Below are positions 37,590 through 49,953 of a stretch of 64,000 nt of DNA, one piece after another. A program made the position numbers and the translations under genes. The DNA comes from Pristiophorus japonicus (lineage: Eukaryota): NCBI RefSeq assembly GCF_044704955.1, contig NC_091999.1:26908001-26972000 (forward strand), in the 5' to 3' direction. Numbering within the stretch: the first letter of the stretch is position 1; every line of letters begins with the position of its first letter. Below the pieces are notes generated by a model that searched no databases, had not been told where the DNA came from, and was given only the letters and a program-made list of their open reading frames with translations.

Positions 37590-40500
37590 GGTAGGAACAA
37601 CCATAATCCAACCCGAGTGGGAAACAAAGGGTGTATGGGGTAGCGTGTGCCAATTATACCCGACTCTGTGGGCACAATGCAAACAAGATTATGGATTAGC
37701 AGAGATATTACCCATCAAAATTCCTGGACCCGAACACAAAGCTCACCGACAGTTCCAATTAACACCCGAAGCTGAGGTAGCGGTCTGTCAGATAGTGCAT
37801 GAATTAGAGGAGCAAAGTATATTGAAACATGTAATAGCCTCCATTAATTCACCTGTGTGGCTGATGAAGAAACCCGACAGGTCTTACCGATTGACTATCG
37901 ATTATACCACCCTGAATAAGGTGACTTCCGGAGAACACCCAATAGTGGTAAGTCCAGCCACAATATTTAATGGCCTGGATCCAGATCATAAGATATTCAC
38001 CATGCTGGTATAGTGAATGGAACTTGGACCATTCCCTTAGCCAAAGAGTCTCAAGGAAAATTTGTCTTCAAGGTAAATGGATAACAATACACATGGGCGA
38101 AGGTACCACTGGGATTCAATAACAGCTGCAGGATATTTCATCGAATATTGTCAGGGATTTTGGAACCAGTAGACTTAGGAGAAAGAAGGAGCGAAGTAAC
38201 CAATCTGGGATACATAATATCGTAAGGGAAGAGACAGATGCCCGAGGACAGTAAGCAAGCAATTCAATCAATCCCCAGACCAGGAACCGTGAAAGGGGTC
38301 AGGCAGGTACTTGGGCTATTAAACTACTGCAGAAATGTTATTCCCGAATATGCCAAGGTGGCCTAACCTATTCAGAAACAGGTCAAAGGGTGGGAACCCT
38401 CCTAAGAGCCAGTAAACTGGGGCCTAGATCAAGAAACTGCATGTGTGCGGTTAAAACAAACTCTCACAAGTGCTCCAATCCTGGGACTACCAGACCAGAA
38501 TAGGCCCTTTTACGTCTATACCTACCACATTAACCATCATAATAACGCGGTAGTGATTCAATTACATGGCGACAGGCATAGACCGTGGCATATTACTCAG
38601 ACAAACCGCAACCTGTAGCTGCAGGACGGTCCAGGAGCGTTGCTGCCCTCGACTGTGCGGCTTGGGCCATCAGAGTTAACGAAACAATAATAATGTCAGG
38701 GTGCATTATTCTACAAACCCAGCGTACCTTAGTAGAATTACTTAACACTGGAAGGCTAAAAATGTATTCGATGCACAAATGGCGAGGTGGTAAATAATGC
38801 TCTCCCCCTCCTCTCCCGCCACCCCCCACCCCGCCCCCCACACCACTCAACGGTATGGTAACAATAATAAAAGACGCCTGCAGGGTGGATCATTACAAAG
38901 GGAGAGGAGCATCATTATAGCACAACAGAAGATGAGGGAAGTAGTCAGGCTAGTGAAACCCTGCTTGAGGAGGCAGACTTGGATCTATATGTAGATGAGT
39001 TTCGGCGCTATATCAATGGGACACCACAGACAGGATGGGTCGTGGTAGATAGCAGCTGTCAGGTCAAAGGGGAAGGACGGTTAGAAGAGAATCTATCAGC
39101 TCAAGTGGTTGAATTTGTGGTTCTCACTGAGGTTCTGAGGCTTGCGAGGGGAAAATGAGTAAATATCTATACAGACAGTCGATATGCTTTCGGAGTAGAG
39201 CTTGATTATATGATAGCCTGGAGCAGACGGTGATACACGACCTCAGGAGGAGGACCGATTAAACATGAGGAGATTGGGAAACATCTAGTGGAAGCCTCCT
39301 TCCTACCCCAGGAGTGTGCGATAATAAAGATCAAAGCACACGTAAAAAATAATGATCAGTATGAACAGGGGAATGCATGGACAGATGAAGCAGCAAAGCG
39401 AGTGGCAGGTACACTGGCCGGGGAAGCCCAAGGCAGAGCATGTACAATTGGGCCTGAGGAAGTAAATATTGTGTACAGTTTTGGTCTCCTAACCTGAGGA
39501 AGGACATTCTTGCTATTGAGGGAGTGCAGCGAAGTTTCACCAGACTGATTCCCGGGATGGCGGGACTGACCTATCAAGAAAGACTGGATCAACTGGGCTT
39601 GTCTTCACTGGAGTTCAGAAGAATGAGAGGGGACCTCATAGAAACATTTAAAATTCTGACGGGGTTAGACAGGTTAGCTGCAGGAAGAATGTTCCCAATG
39701 TTGGGGAATTCCAGAACCAGAGGTCACAGTCTAAAGATAAGGGGTAAGCCATTGAGGACCGAGATGCGGAGGAACTTCTTTACCCAGAGAGTGGTGAACC
39801 TGTGGAATTCTCTACCACAGAAAGTTGTTGAGGCCAATTCACTAAATATATTCAAAAAGGAGTTAGATGAGGTCCTTACTACTAGGGGGATGAAGGGGTA
39901 TGGCGAGAAAGCAGGAATGGGGTACTAAAGTTTAATGTTCAGCCATGAACTCATTGAATGGCGGTGCAGGCTAGAAGGGCCGAATGGCCTACTCCTGCAC
40001 CTATTTTCTATGTTTCTATGTTTCTATATTTCTATGCTTGAGGTACAGGGAGAGGCCACTCCGCAGGAACAGGAGGGGTGGAAGCAGAGAAGGCCAAACA
40101 AGGGACCGACGGGATATGGAGAAAAGATGGGAATGTGGTGGCCCCGGAATGCATCCAGGGGAGCCTATTAAATTTATACCACGGGTATGTCCATACAGGT
40201 AGAACAAACATGATAAACTTGATGTCCAGATGCTGGTGGTGGAAGGGAATATCTAGAGATATAGAGGACCTCTGCAGAAGGTGAGTGATATACGCAAAAT
40301 ACAACCCAGGGGGGAAAGTAAAGGTCAAAATGGGACATCAGCCCCCACCGAAGGGACTCTGGGAAAATTTGCAGGTAGATTTTACTGGACCTTTATCCAG
40401 CAACAAGGGGAAAACATACTGCTTAGATATAATAGACACGTTTATGAAGTGGGTAGAAGCTGTCGCCACTAGGAATTGTTCAGTAGAAACCATGGCCAGG

Positions 40501-40990
40501 ATCCTAGCAAACAAAATAACGGCACTGCAGCTGAACTCAGATCAAAGTTCAGACTTCACAGGGAAGATCATGAAACAGGCGTGCGCTTAGGGATTAGGCA
40601 AAAACTATCCCACATCAACGAGACTGGAAAGGGATGGGTTGACAGGATACACCGAGTATAAATAAAGCTCAAGGCAACCCCTAGTCGAACGATAGGAATG
40701 ATACCCTTTTAACTAAAATAATATGGAAATCTGTAATGGAACTCTGTAAGCAGTTACATGATATAGAGGCAAAGATTAGAGATCAGCAAATCAAGGATTT
40801 AGAGAACGACACTAAGAAGCAGAAGTTCCAAACACCCCAAATAGGCAGTCAAGAGATGACCACAGAGAGGTTCGGGATCGCATCCAAATAGATCGGTCTC
40901 TATCAGGTAATCATGGTAAGTTATGGTACTTATAAGGAGTATCGGCAAGTGGAAACACTGGACCCAGTTAAAAAAGCATGGTCACTAACT
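37590..40990 (+). pseudogene. pol: pol (RT, tether, RNase H, integrase), interrupted by a CR1
   Basis: RT: NSPVWLMKKPDRSYRLTIDYTTLNK, YTWAKVPLGFNNS. Tether: APILGLPD, RPVAYYS. RNase H: LYVD, SAQ, VNIYTDSRYAFG, IKAH..GNAWTDEAAK. Integrase: H.YVHTG, LQVDFTGPL, IIDTFMKWVEA, SDQSSDFT. Confidence 0.9.
39470..40035 (+). mobile_element. Young 5'-truncated CR1 inserted in ERV pol
   Basis: Open QRSFTRLIPGM..RGDLIETFK..VVNLWNSLP, with tail (TTTCTATG)n. Pol resumes LEVQGEATPQE directly after. Confidence 0.93.
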
Positions 40991-41089
40991 AACCAGTGAC
41001 GACCGGAAAATATTGCTTTTTGCAGGACTCGAGAGCTCGTGGAAATAACGTGGAGTAATGCAGCCTCATATCAGTGACAACAGACTGAG

Positions 41090-43085
41090 GGATGGCAAGG
41101 CCTGTATTACAGGGACTTGGGCGACATTAGTTTAATAAAACATCAAAAACACTGATGGTGTCGGACGGAGCAACAGTAGAGTTAAATAACGGGCATAAAA
41201 CAACGTTACAAGGAAACGAAACAACATTGGGGATGAGCCAATAATATAGAACCATAATTAATGGGAATAAGACCGCGGTGTGTTTTTAATCAGGAAAGAC
41301 AAACATACTGCACCAGGGGAAGGGGGTGCAGATTTCACTCAACATCTATGAATGGTGGTGGAGTGATATCTCCAGAGATAGACCCACCAACACGGCCCCA
41401 TCCACTAGTTTAGCAACAGTGAGCACTACCAGGGCCTCGACCATCACACCCCCAGCGCCACAAACCTGTCCAACTGTGAACACTGGGGCAAAAGAGAAAT
41501 TGATAAGGCAGACCAAGGGTAAGATACACTTCAGGGTACGTCAGCGAATAATTACTGTATTCCTAAATTTAAACAATAAAACTACCCCAACATCTGCGGG
41601 TTAAACAGTATAAGCCTGTATAGAAACATGATCCTTCGAGCACTTAAAGGCGCTGAATCCAAAACCATGAAGTTTAATGTGGAAAGAGAGTCAGGTAAAA
41701 AAAAACGGGACAGGGGAAAAAGAGGGATACTCGAAATGGTACGAGGCAGGATACACGGCAGGATACGTGGCAGGATACACTGCAGAATACACGGCGGAAT
41801 ACGTGTATGTGGCGGGAGTTGCGAAACTATAGACCTACACACGATAGATGATTGAGTTAACGCCTTCGCATGAACCTGACTGGGATTGCTGGAAAGCGAT
41901 AAGGATAATGAAAAGATACAGGCACAGCTGGGTAATGGCGCATAAAGCGAATTATTACAGTGGCCCACACATTGCGAGACCACACCAGAACTCTAAATGA
42001 ATAAAGCATAACGCAACTTAAGTAAAACCATACAGACAGAACAAGTACGTGCAGGATATGGAGCATGGTTGCTCACTGGAATACAACATAACAGAGAGTA
42101 GCTTCAGAAGAGAAAGGTGTCGGATTGGATAACACTCGATATATTTACAAACTGGACCTTAGACAAAAACATGACTCATGCCTGCGAGGTGCAGAGAAAC
42201 AGTCATGCTTGGGTTTCAAAGGCCAGCTGTGTTACCGGACATTTAAATAGATTTTTTATTATCTCTACCACAGTATTATGTGACAACAGGAGATCCTTCA
42301 TACCAAACAATGTAGGAGAAATAAGGATTCAAACTCGCGTGTGGTGTGATGACAAACCAGAAATGTAACTGAGGAGAACAACAGTCCTAAGAGTCTCAGC
42401 ATATGTAGATTGTTATAAAAATAACCAAGTTGCTTTATGTCGAGATCCACTACGAATGATCAAAGATGACTGTGGATATAACCAATTGGACGGGTGCACC
42501 TTGAGCATCACCCCCACTAACACAGGACTACAAAATTATCGCTGTTTCACGAGGATATGGAGATTGATGTGTGACCACCACGGCAACTGAAATGAAGAAA
42601 GGAACACCTCATGCACCATTATGGATATTGACTTCTGCTTTACTCCACTTGATGAGACAGATATAAATGGGTTTATTATAACCCCTGAGCTAAAGGAGGA
42701 ATGATCGATGGGACAATGATGGACATTGCCTGAGGAGGTTTTGCGAAGACCAGCGGGCCACAAGGAAAACCAATACTCGAATTGAAAGAGAAACAAACTC
42801 GACTGAATTGGACACCATTCGACAACATAGAGGGTACTCCAGGCGGGGCAGAAATTCGGCAGAACAGTGAAGACCCCAAGTGGAGGGAAGATAGATGAAA
42901 CAGCAGATACTCCAGGCGCGGCATAATTCGAACACCGAGAAAATGTTGGCTACAAAGGACTTATACATGAACTAAGCTAGACTCAATGTACTGGTTGTAG
43001 TGCAAGGGTGCTCACCTTGCTAGTATTATCCTTTAAAAAGCTGTAACCGACGTAAGAGGCAAGCCCTAGCCCGTACTATAGTTAA
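41090..43085 (+). pseudogene. env: env-like glycoprotein
   Basis: Preceded by acceptor-like TTGCTTTTTGCAG (41013-41025). Thr/Pro-rich stretch, furin site RGKR|GILE (41712-41723), heptad-like region, Cys-rich block (CYKNNQVALCRDP..DDCGYNQLDGCTL..CVTT..SC..DFCFTP), hydrophobic anchor at ~42985-43030. Confidence 0.8.
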
Positions 43086-43287
43086 AACATTGAAGAAAGG
43101 GAAATCAGACAGTCCGGCAGAAAGGACATACATAGTATAACCTTGATGGGAAAGCCAACAGATAGCTCCAGGAGCTCGGGAAGTAGCACTACCCAAGGGC
43201 AAGGACAACCCTGGAATCTCACCCATGTGGTATTAATTGCGAAATGGCCTATCTTGGGCATATAGTCAAGGGCCATTAGGGGGTAAT

Positions 43288-43954
43288 TGTAAGGGATAAA
43301 TAGTAAGGTTCTAGATAGGGGGTCAGAATTATGCCGAAGGTAGTGAACTTATCAATTGTCGATGTATGTAACACTTGCTTATATAGGTATGACACACTTA
43401 TACGCATTATATCATAGCTTAACCTGAGTAAAACTTAAACAGCCAAAGTCAGCAGTTTTGTTTAAAAGTCGCTGATCAAGAGATAAAGAAGCCAGGACAA
43501 CCACACCAGGTGTCGGATAGACTGGGGTAGAGGGCAAAATGGAATAAGACAATGATGAGAGATGGGCAATTTCATGTACCACTCGGAGCCCGTCTGATAA
43601 GAGTCGACAAATCACTGTAACTTCGCTGATAGCAATAGACCTATCGATGATTTTGTAGGAGGATACCTCCTCTCCAACACCTGTATACATTATGCTTCAA
43701 AACCCTTCTATGTCGGAGGTTCCAATACGGAACCTTCCCGTGCATTGCTCGTAAAAAAACCGATAAACCTGAGGTTTCGTGTGTTTACTTCCGTGTTCGT
43801 CATACAGTGGGAAGCTGGGCGAGGTGTCGATTAACTATATCAGTTCGTACACCCCGAGGGAGAGAAGCCTAGTTTTATCCCAACGGAAGGTCAGGTGTCG
43901 ATTAACTACATCAGTTCGTCCTTGAAGGAGAGAAGCCTCCTTTTTACCACAACA
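43288..43954 (+). repeat. Putative 3' LTR
   Basis: Purine-rich AAGGGCCATTAGGGGG then TGTAAGGGATAAA at 43288. Ends TTTTTACCACAACA (43954). An internal TTTTATCCCAAC at ~43873-43884 is inverted-similar to the start. Confidence 0.65.
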
Positions 43955-46130
43955 CCTTCCCTCCTCACCACTCCTCTCCTCACCTCTCTCCTCACGTCTC
44001 TCCAATGCTCATCTCCTCTCATCTCCCCTACCTTCTACCCTCCTCTACTCTATTCTCCTCTCCCACCCTCGCCTCTACCCTCTCCTCTCCCCAGTCCTCT
44101 CCTCTAATCCCCTCCCCACTTCACTCCACTTTCATCTCCTCTCGTCTCCTCTCATCACATCCACTCTCCGTTCCACTACTCTCCCCTGCTCTGCTTTCTT
44201 CTCCCCTCTCCTCCCCTACACACTCGTCCCCTCCCTGCTCATCTCTACCCTCCTCTCTCCCCTCGTCTCTCGTTTCCTCGCCTCTCCACTACTCTCCTCC
44301 TCTCGCCTCTCCTCTCCTTCACACTCCTCTCCTCTCCCCTCTGCTCACCTCCTTATCCTTTCATCATCTCTACTCTCCCCTCTCCTCCCCCATCCTCTCC
44401 ACTCGGCTCATCCCTTCACCCATCTACTCCTCTCTCATCTCCACTGCTCTTCTCACCTGTCTTCCCGTTCTCTCCTGTCTACTCTCCTCTCTCCTCTCCC
44501 CTCTCCTCAACTCTCCTCCCCTTTCAGCTGTTCTCCTCAACTCTTTTGTGCCTCATTTTCTCCCCTCTTGCCTACCTTTTCCACGCCTCTACTCCACTAT
44601 TCTCCTCCCTTTCCCTCTCCTCCATTCTCCTCTCAGCTCCTCTGCTTTCTCATCTCCACTCATCTCCCGTCTTCCCCGATCCACCCCTATCCTCACCGAT
44701 CCTCTCCTCTCTCCTGTTTTCAGGTCGCTTCTCACTCCACTCTCCTCTCTCCTCTCCACTCGTCTCCACTCCAATCATCTCGACTCCTCTCCCCTAAATT
44801 CTCCCCTCCTCTCCTCACCCCTCTCCTCTCCTCTTCACCTCTTCTCCCCTTTCATTTTAACTCCTCTCCTCACTTGTGTCGTCTGATGTTCTCCCCTCTC
44901 CTCTCCTCCCCGCTCCTCTCCTTCCCTCTGCTCTCCTGTACCCTCTCCAGTCCACTCCTCTCCTCCCGCTCCTACCCTCTCCTCCCCTCTGCTCTCCTTT
45001 CCTCTACCCTCTTTTCACCTCCTCCTCTCATGCACTGTCTTCTCTCTCCTCTTCTCTCCCCTAACTTCCCCCCCTCTTCTCCACTCACCTTTACTCCCCT
45101 CTCCGTTACCCACTCTTCTATCCTCTCCTGCCCTCTCTTCTAATCTCCTCCCTTGTCCCCTCTCTTGTCCTCTCCTCTCCTCTAATCTACTACCTCCTCT
45201 CTCTACTTTGCTTTCATCTTTTCTCTGCTATCCTTACATCTCTTCTATTCTCCTCTCCATTGCTCGTATCTCCATAGCTCTTCTCTCCTCCACTCTCCTC
45301 TCCACTTCCCCTCTCTTCTCCCCTCTCCTCCCCTCCCTTCTCATCTCTTCTCGCCCCTGCTCTCCCCGCTCTCTTCCTCTCCTCTGAGGGTCTCTCCTCT
45401 GCTCTCCCACTGCCCTTCCCCTCTCCTCTGCTCTACTCTCCTTCTCTCTCATCCTCTCACTTCTCCACTTTTCTCCATTCCTCCTTTCTCTGCTACGCTC
45501 CTCTCCTCCTCTCCCCGCTCCTCTCATCTCTCTTCTGTCCCCTACCTTCTCCCCATCTCTACTCCACTCTCCTGTCCACCCCTCTCCCCTACACTCTCAT
45601 CTCCACTCCCCTCGCCTCTCCACTCCTCTCATCCCTCTCCTCTCCCCTACCTTTTCCTCACCTCTATTCCACTCTCCTCTCCTTCCATCTCCCCTACACT
45701 ATCATCTCCTTTCCCCTCCTCTACTCTCTTCCCCTCTCCTATCTTCTCTTCCCCCCTCTTTTCTCCTCTCCTTTCATCTTATCAACTCTCCTCTGCTTTC
45801 CTCTACTCATCTCTGTTCTGCTCTACTCTCTACTCCCCCTCTCATCTATCCTATCCTCCACTAACCTCCCCTCCCCTTCCTGCTCATCTTCACTCTTTCC
45901 TTCTCCCACCCTCTCCTCTCACCTCCTACCCTCTGCTCTGTTCTGCTGTCTTCTCCACTCAACGCATCTGCTCTCCTCACCTCTGCTCTCCTATTCCCCT
46001 CCTCTCCTCTCCTCCACACTCATCTCCTCTCGTCTACTCCCCTCCCACCTCCTGTCCTCTCTCTTCTCTTCTCCTCACCTCTCTGCTCCTTTCATCTCCA
46101 TTCCTCACCTCCAGTCTCTACATTCCCTGC
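43955..46130. repeat. ~2.2-kb degenerate (CTCCT)n polypyrimidine tract
   Basis: Almost pure C/T on the plus strand. Confidence 0.95.
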
Positions 46131-46224
46131 TCTGAGGAAAATAAACGATTTGATGGCGTGTGACTGTCAGTATGGCATCGGTCGCCATGAATCTGGACTG
46201 ACCATTGTAATAATAGCACACACA

Positions 46225-46655
46225 TATCCTTACTTACCAATATGTTATCTGTCCCCATGTGCCCTGACTCACCACTCTATTATCTGTCCCCATGAACCTT
46301 TACTGACCAATATATTATCTGCCCCATGTCCCCTTACTGACCACTGTATTATCTGTCCCCATGTATCCTTACTGACCTCTGTATTATCTGTACCCATGTA
46401 TCCTTACTCACAATTATATTAACAGTCACCATGTACCCTTACTGACGATTGTATTATCAGTTCTTATGTAGCCTTACTGACCACTGCATTATCAGTCTCC
46501 ATGTACCCTTACTGACAATTGTATTATCAGTCCTCATGTACCCTTACTGACCAATATATTATCTGCCCCATGTACCCTTACTAACCACTGTATTATCAGT
46601 GCCCATGTATCCTTAATTTGCACTGTACTGTCAGTCCCCGTGCATGTTACTGACA
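46225..46655. repeat. ~34-35-bp minisatellite
   Basis: Unit CCCATGTACCCTTACTGACCACTGTATTATCAGT. Confidence 0.9.
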
Positions 46656-47015
46656 CTTACTTAGCCTGCCTCTATCATTCCATTTGTTTTATTTCACTTG
46701 TGTTACCCCGAGAAGTGAATTGAAAATCTGAAATTACAGAGTTATTTTATATCTCAGTAATAACAGAAACTGCCTAAATGAAAGTTGCTCCCTTCACATG
46801 CATGCTGTGATTCTGTGGAATTAACTATTTCTGCTTTTGCCAATAGTGCTTGGTTTTGGATCAAGTTATTTGATCTGAAAGCCACGTTGCTTTTAAAATA
46901 TTTTGCAATTGAAAGTGATGCAAAGAATAGGTTCGGACAACTTGTTTATTCAGTGACTGTGATTAATATCCTTCAGTGTGCAGTTTAATTGTCTCACTGG
47001 AGAGTTCCCTCAGGC

Positions 47016-47023
47016 TATAAATA
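47016..47023 (+). promoter_or_regulatory. TATA box of the GPCR gene
   Basis: TATAAATA ~95 nt upstream of the ATG at 47114. Confidence 0.55.
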
Positions 47024-47113
47024 GGGATTTTTTTTCAGTCTGTACAGCAATGTTTGACTGAAGTTGTTGTCTAAAACGAACAGCGCTCATTGGAGTTCAC
47101 AGAAAGTCAAGTC

Positions 47114-47210
47114 ATGTTCTGGGAGATTCCAAGTGAGCTTTGCATCTTGTGGGCACTTTTCAATGTGGAACGTATTTATTACCCGCTCCTCGCTGCTGTT
47201 GGTGTTCCTG
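47114..47210 (+). CDS. GPR139/GPR142-like class A GPCR, exon 1 (N-terminus and TM1)
   Basis: MFWEIPSELCILWALFNVERIYYPLLAAVGVP(G|GTGAGT), 97 nt, phase 1, joins exon 2 to give GVPVNLV. Not in the ORF track. Confidence 0.85.
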
Positions 47211-48229
47211 GTGAGTCCTTCATCTGCAATTAATTATGTAACCCATGTTTCTCTGTATTTGCTGTCCTTGTCCTTTAGTTCTAGTTATTAATTGTATTCA
47301 ATTTAAACCTCTTGTTCTGTGTCTGGCAATGCAAATACGTTTCTGTCATGTAATGTTTCATCATTTGCTGACTCGCTGCTGCCAGTTCAATGAATAGTAT
47401 GTTGTTTCCACAACTTGCTTCCAGTGATAGTGGTTCACAGGTTTTGACAGAAATTTGACTTTATTGACACAGATATGTTAGTGAACGATTATATTATTGA
47501 ACAGCTTGCAGTCAGCTTTCTGCACTGATGCCCAGTGTTGGATAATAAATATGTGTTCAGAGGTAACAAGTGTTTTAAGGACCACTGGTTATTGTAAATG
47601 ACACTGACCAGTGGAAATCAGCGTTGAGAGATCCTTCACAAATACACTGAGATATGAGACATTATTCACTAATGATTCAGCTATAGACAGTTGTCGTAAT
47701 TTCCACTGCCTCCCGCTCTGCCTCACAGTCACTAATTTCAAACGATCAGGACAGGGTTAAAACTGCAATACGGATTCCAGTAAAATGTTTATTCAGTTGT
47801 GTTTGAATTGATTTATTTCCCTTGTTCAGCCACAGTTCAGGAGAGCTCGGTGTGGGCCGCACGGTAGCAACTATTCAAAATGGAGCACTATATTGTGCAA
47901 TATTTTGATATTTCCAGTCTCAAACTCTCTCTGTCAACTGGAAGTCTGTAACTTCCTCACACCAGGTGAAAGGAAATTGGTTGACACAGTTCCAGCTGTA
48001 AACAGACACGTTCGAAAATCTTCTGTGACATCTTACAACATGGGTTATCATTAGTCTATTGTAAAGCGACAGTCCCTTCTTTAAAAATTATTTGAAATAT
48101 TCTTGGAAAGTCAGCTTAAGGCAGTTACAAAGAGTACTTTCAAAACAATGGTTGGAAAGGTTCTGATTTCGACACATAATACAATTCAATTCATCTTCTT
48201 CAGCCTACGACACAACCACAGTAATCTCG

Positions 48230-48520
48230 CCAAAGACTCCATTCCCCTCTCTGGCCACAGATTTCATTCCCCACCTTGGCCACAGACTCCATTCCCCTCC
48301 CTGTACACAGATTCGATTCCCCTTCCTGGACAAAGAATCGATTCCTCTCATGGGCCACATACTCCATTCCCCTCCCTGTCACAGACTCCATTCCTTCCTT
48401 GGCCACAGGCTCCATTCCGTCCCTTGGCCCCCAATTCCATTCTCCTCCCTGGACACTGATTTCATCCTCCTCGCTGTCCCCATACTGCATTCCCATCCCT
48501 GGACAATGACTCTATTCTCC
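48230..48520. repeat. ~25-bp minisatellite in the GPCR intron
   Basis: Unit ACTCCATTCCCCTCCCTGGCCACAG. Confidence 0.85.
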
Positions 48521-48659
48521 TCAATGAACACAGGTTATTCACAAACTCGCGGCTTCTTGTGCTGAATTATTACTTCCTCTGACTTGGATATGGCGTTCTA
48601 TCAGAGTCTCATTCGGAGCTTTACCCACCTGGAAAAAGTCCAATACATTAATTATTTCA

Positions 48660-48960
48660 GTCATGACCCGGCACCCACACATCACATCCACCGATTCACT
48701 CACTCCCTGTCACAACACCCAAACACCCCATCCACTGGTACATTCAGTCCAGACCCAACACCCACACGTCCCATCCATTGGTACATTCAGTCCTTGTCCC
48801 GATACCCACACGTCCCATATATTGGTTCTTTCAATACCTGTGCCAAACACCACACGTCCCATCCACTGGTGTAATCAGTCGTGACCCAAACAGCACACGT
48901 CCCATCCGATGATTTCATCAGTCCTGACCCAAACACCACAAGTCCCATTGGTTGGTTAAC
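48660..48960. repeat. ~40-44-bp degenerate minisatellite in the GPCR intron
   Basis: Recurrent CACGTCCCATCCACTGGTACATTCAGTC..GACCCAAACAC. Confidence 0.75.
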
Positions 48961-49053
48961 TTAATCCTGACTCATTTCACACATAATTCTTTGAGACAGC
49001 TGTTCATGCTCTCAATCTGAAATATAAATTCCCTGTTTTTCTCTTTCTTGCAG

Positions 49054-49953
49054 TGAACTTAGTGACAATAATGATCCTGTCTCGAGGAAGGTGCGGTCTC
49101 TCCAAGTGTGTCAGCCGTTACCAGGTGGCAATGGCAGCGGCAGATCTACTGGTCGTTATCCTGGAACTAATATCCAGGCAGATTCCTATTCATTACTCAA
49201 CCGTGTTTGAGTTCATGTGGAACATTAAAGTGTGTAATATCCATGCTATCCTGCTTTACGCAGTCACAGACTGTTTCATCTGGTTCACAGTTGCTTTTAC
49301 CTTTGACCGATGTATAGCCATTTGTTGTCAGAAGCTCAAAACCAAATATTGCACCGAGAAAACGGCGACTGTGGTTGTGGGAACAGTGAGTGCGCTGTTC
49401 TGTGTAAAGAACACTTTCTGGTACTTTATGTATGGAGGTATGTATCAGATTTCCAATAGTCCCTGGTTTTGTTTTGTTCGATGGGAAGTCTCTGATTCAG
49501 TATCATGGGCAGTAATTGAATTTCTTCATTATATTATAACACCGTTTATTCCATTTGTTCTGATCCTTCTGCTCAATACTTTAACTGTCAGACACGTTTT
49601 AGTGTCGATGCAGAGCCCGCAGGAGACTCAGGGCCCACAGCAGTGGGGAGAGTCCCAGTGACCCAGAGATGGAGAAGCGAAGGAAATCCATAATTTTACT
49701 GTTTGTTATATCCGGCAATTTTATCCTGTTATGGGCAGTGTTTCTGTTATATTCTGCGGTTGAACGATTGCATTCGTTAAACGTTATTCGTGCATCTCTA
49801 CCTCAATATGTACAGGAAATGGGATTTATGCTTCAGCTCCTGAGTTGCTGCACCAACACATGTATTTATGCCGTGACCCAGACGAAATTCAGAGAGGAGT
49901 TGAAGAATGTGGTGAAATATCCCTTTACTGTAATTGTTAAATGCATTAAATAA
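49054..49953 (+). pseudogene. GPR139/GPR142-like GPCR, exon 2 (TM1 end-TM7), with a single frameshift at ~49610
   Basis: Acceptor TTTCTTGCAG|TG. Motifs AMAAADLL (TM2), TVAFTFDRC (TM3), PFIPFVLILLLN (TM5), RRKSIILLFVISGNFILLW (TM6) and LLSCCTNTCIY (TM7). Removing 1 nt restores RARRRLRAHSSGESPSDPEMEKRRK. Confidence 0.85.

Larger units (their letters stand above)
36945..43954 (+). mobile_element. Endogenous retrovirus-like provirus (gag 3' end-pro-pol-env-3'LTR), decayed, lokiretrovirus-like
   Basis: Colinear Gag zinc knuckle, RT, tether, RNase H, integrase, Env with furin site and TM, PPT and LTR. Many stops and frameshifts. 5' LTR not found. Confidence 0.88.

Noticed and set aside
44005-45527. 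Long Ser/Pro/Leu-rich or Arg/Glu-rich ORFs
   Set aside because: Products of the pyrimidine tract, which is naturally poor in stop codons.
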